A DNA stretch of 63,738 bases, the filler included, from Lama guanicoe (Eukaryota), in assembly GCA_013239625.1 (NCBI GenBank). It is 77 parts of 76 records of this genome, joined end to end, with 100 filler letters (N's around TTAATTAATTAA, not from the genome) between each part and the next. Parts side by side here need not be neighbours in the genome. Positions count along the whole stretch, not along the records: positions 62,282 to 63,084 come from MU055191.1; positions 63,185 to 63,738 come from PNXV01012285.1; 75 more parts are not named here. One strand, 5' to 3'. The translations under genes were made by a program, and so were the position numbers. Position 1 is the stretch's first letter, and the number at the start of each line of letters is the position of its first letter. Below the pieces are notes generated by a model, which saw nothing but the letters and a program-made list of their open reading frames with translations, had not been told where the DNA came from and did not search any database. Shown one piece after another: positions 62,182 through 63,738 of the stretch.

Positions 62182-63738
62182 NNNNNNNNNNNNNNNNNNN
62201 NNNNNNNNNNNNNNNNNNNNNNNNNTTAATTAATTAANNNNNNNNNNNNNNNNNNNNNNNNNNNNNNNNNNNNNNNNNNNNGCTCCAGGATATAACGGTG
62301 ATGGATCAGGGAGTCTTGCAGCATTCCAGCCTGCAGGCATAAACCCCACATGTGCTCTGGTGATGTCTGGAAAATAAAATGCATGGAAATATCTCACTGC
62401 TGGTACACGACATCTGCCCTCAAATTGCCCCAAAATCATGCTGGCAAAGCAGTACTCAACCCTCTCAGTACAAAAAAAAAAAGGTAAGAAGGNNNNNNNN
62501 NNNNNNNNNNNNNNNNNNNNNNNNNNNAGCAAACATCCAGTATCTGAGCTGGAATGCTCCTGACTTCGAAAACCACTGCGCATTTACTTTTCAAACGTGA
62601 AACTCATATATGTATTTCACGTAGATGATATTGCAGTAGGATTTTTCTTTTCTAAATTTCCAGTTGCTTAGTAAGCACAAGAAAGTTTATGCTTCAGGTT
62701 TAAAAAAAGTCAATTATCCTCCACTTTCTTAATTTTGAACTATTATTTTATAAATGGGGCTATGCTGCGCATTTTAAACAAATTGTTTGATTTCTGCAAA
62801 CAAGACCTTTATGACCTCACTCTTTCAGAGCAAACTTTAACGATTCTTTGAGAGGTGAGGCCTGTGGGGCTCACTAACAGCTCTTTAAATACTGACAAGG
62901 ATGTGCTATTAAGTAATGCAAAGGCTCTAACTCCACAGTAGCTCAGAAAGCAAAGAAACTACACCAAAAACTCTAACAATTTTATATATTCCTACTCTTT
63001 TGAATATTAAATTTCTTAAAAGATATGATTTTTTATGAAAAAGACAACAGCTGTATTAAATTTCCTCTCACCAAGCAATCTTTANNNNNNNNNNNNNNNN
63101 NNNNNNNNNNNNNNNNNNNNNNNNNNNNTTAATTAATTAANNNNNNNNNNNNNNNNNNNNNNNNNNNNNNNNNNNNNNNNNNNNTGTGAGCAAATTATTT
63201 GAAAAAATGTTCAAAGTAAATTATAAATAGAAGGGGGAAGACTAAGGCAAACGCAGTTTTGCTAAAATTCACATTTGCCCCAAATTATGACTGAATGAAA
63301 AGTAGATGCCTTTAAGGAGTGAAGAGGTCACAACAATATATGATTTGAGATGGAAATATTTCTAAATTTAATTCCAATTGACATAAATAAAAATAAAATT
63401 ATATCAACTAAAAATGTATGAAAAGCTACTGAAGGAAAAGTACTACAAGATACAGCATTTACACATCGGTTCATCTGGGAAAGCTGGATTTGACTGTCAA
63501 AGTATCCACACAACTGAATCTTCTCTCTCTCTCTCTCTTTCTTTTACATTTTTTGTTAACTGAATCTTAATTTCAAAATACGCATTTTAGGTATGAGCAT
63601 TTCATTTATCTGCTTCATCATGATACTAAAATGTGGTGACAAATATTAAAATGATTTGGGTAGTATAAGACTAAATTGCTAATACCTGCCTGTATCTGTC
63701 AACAACTTACAGCTTAATCTCTTAAAATTTCAGGTGAC

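Noticed and set aside
62282..62470. Minus-strand exon after TTTTATTTTCCAG
   Set aside because: Two frames open, no donor before the contig end and no recognisable homology.
713..63140. Regularly recurring TTAATTAATTAA with variable 'spacers' as a CRISPR-like array or recombination-site system
   Set aside because: Always embedded in N runs, encodes six-frame stops, and separates unrelated 0.2-1.4 kb mammalian contigs; it is an assembly linker. No cas genes.

Overview
This is not a contiguous locus. It is an assembly pseudo-scaffold of about 77 short, unrelated eukaryotic contigs (~0.2-1.4 kb, many with internal N gaps), joined by an artificial ~100-nt linker (N44-TTAATTAATTAA-N44, stops in all six frames). 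The DNA is mammalian and most likely camelid, judged from a Vic-1-like tRNA-derived SINE. Much of it is satellite DNA: an AGAAT-heptamer AT-rich satellite (B), two related ~265-bp satellites (A, F), two related ~248-bp satellites (D, E) and an unclassified repeat with a unit over 1.2 kb (C). Satellite D forms a 741-bp three-monomer higher-order repeat with a near-perfect CENP-B-box-like motif once per trimer. The rest is LINE-1, L2, MIR and LTR fragments, simple repeats, a frameshifted TRAV8-like T-cell receptor V pseudogene with an intact 23-RSS, an HSFY pseudogene fragment (suggesting Y-derived DNA) and two orphan candidate exons. Almost all ORFs in the supplied track are artefacts of N runs or repeats. 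Neighbouring contigs are not biologically linked, so no multi-gene system can be inferred. The best novelty candidate is the satellite superfamily and its higher-order architecture. Repeat-family names come from recognition by eye, not database searches.
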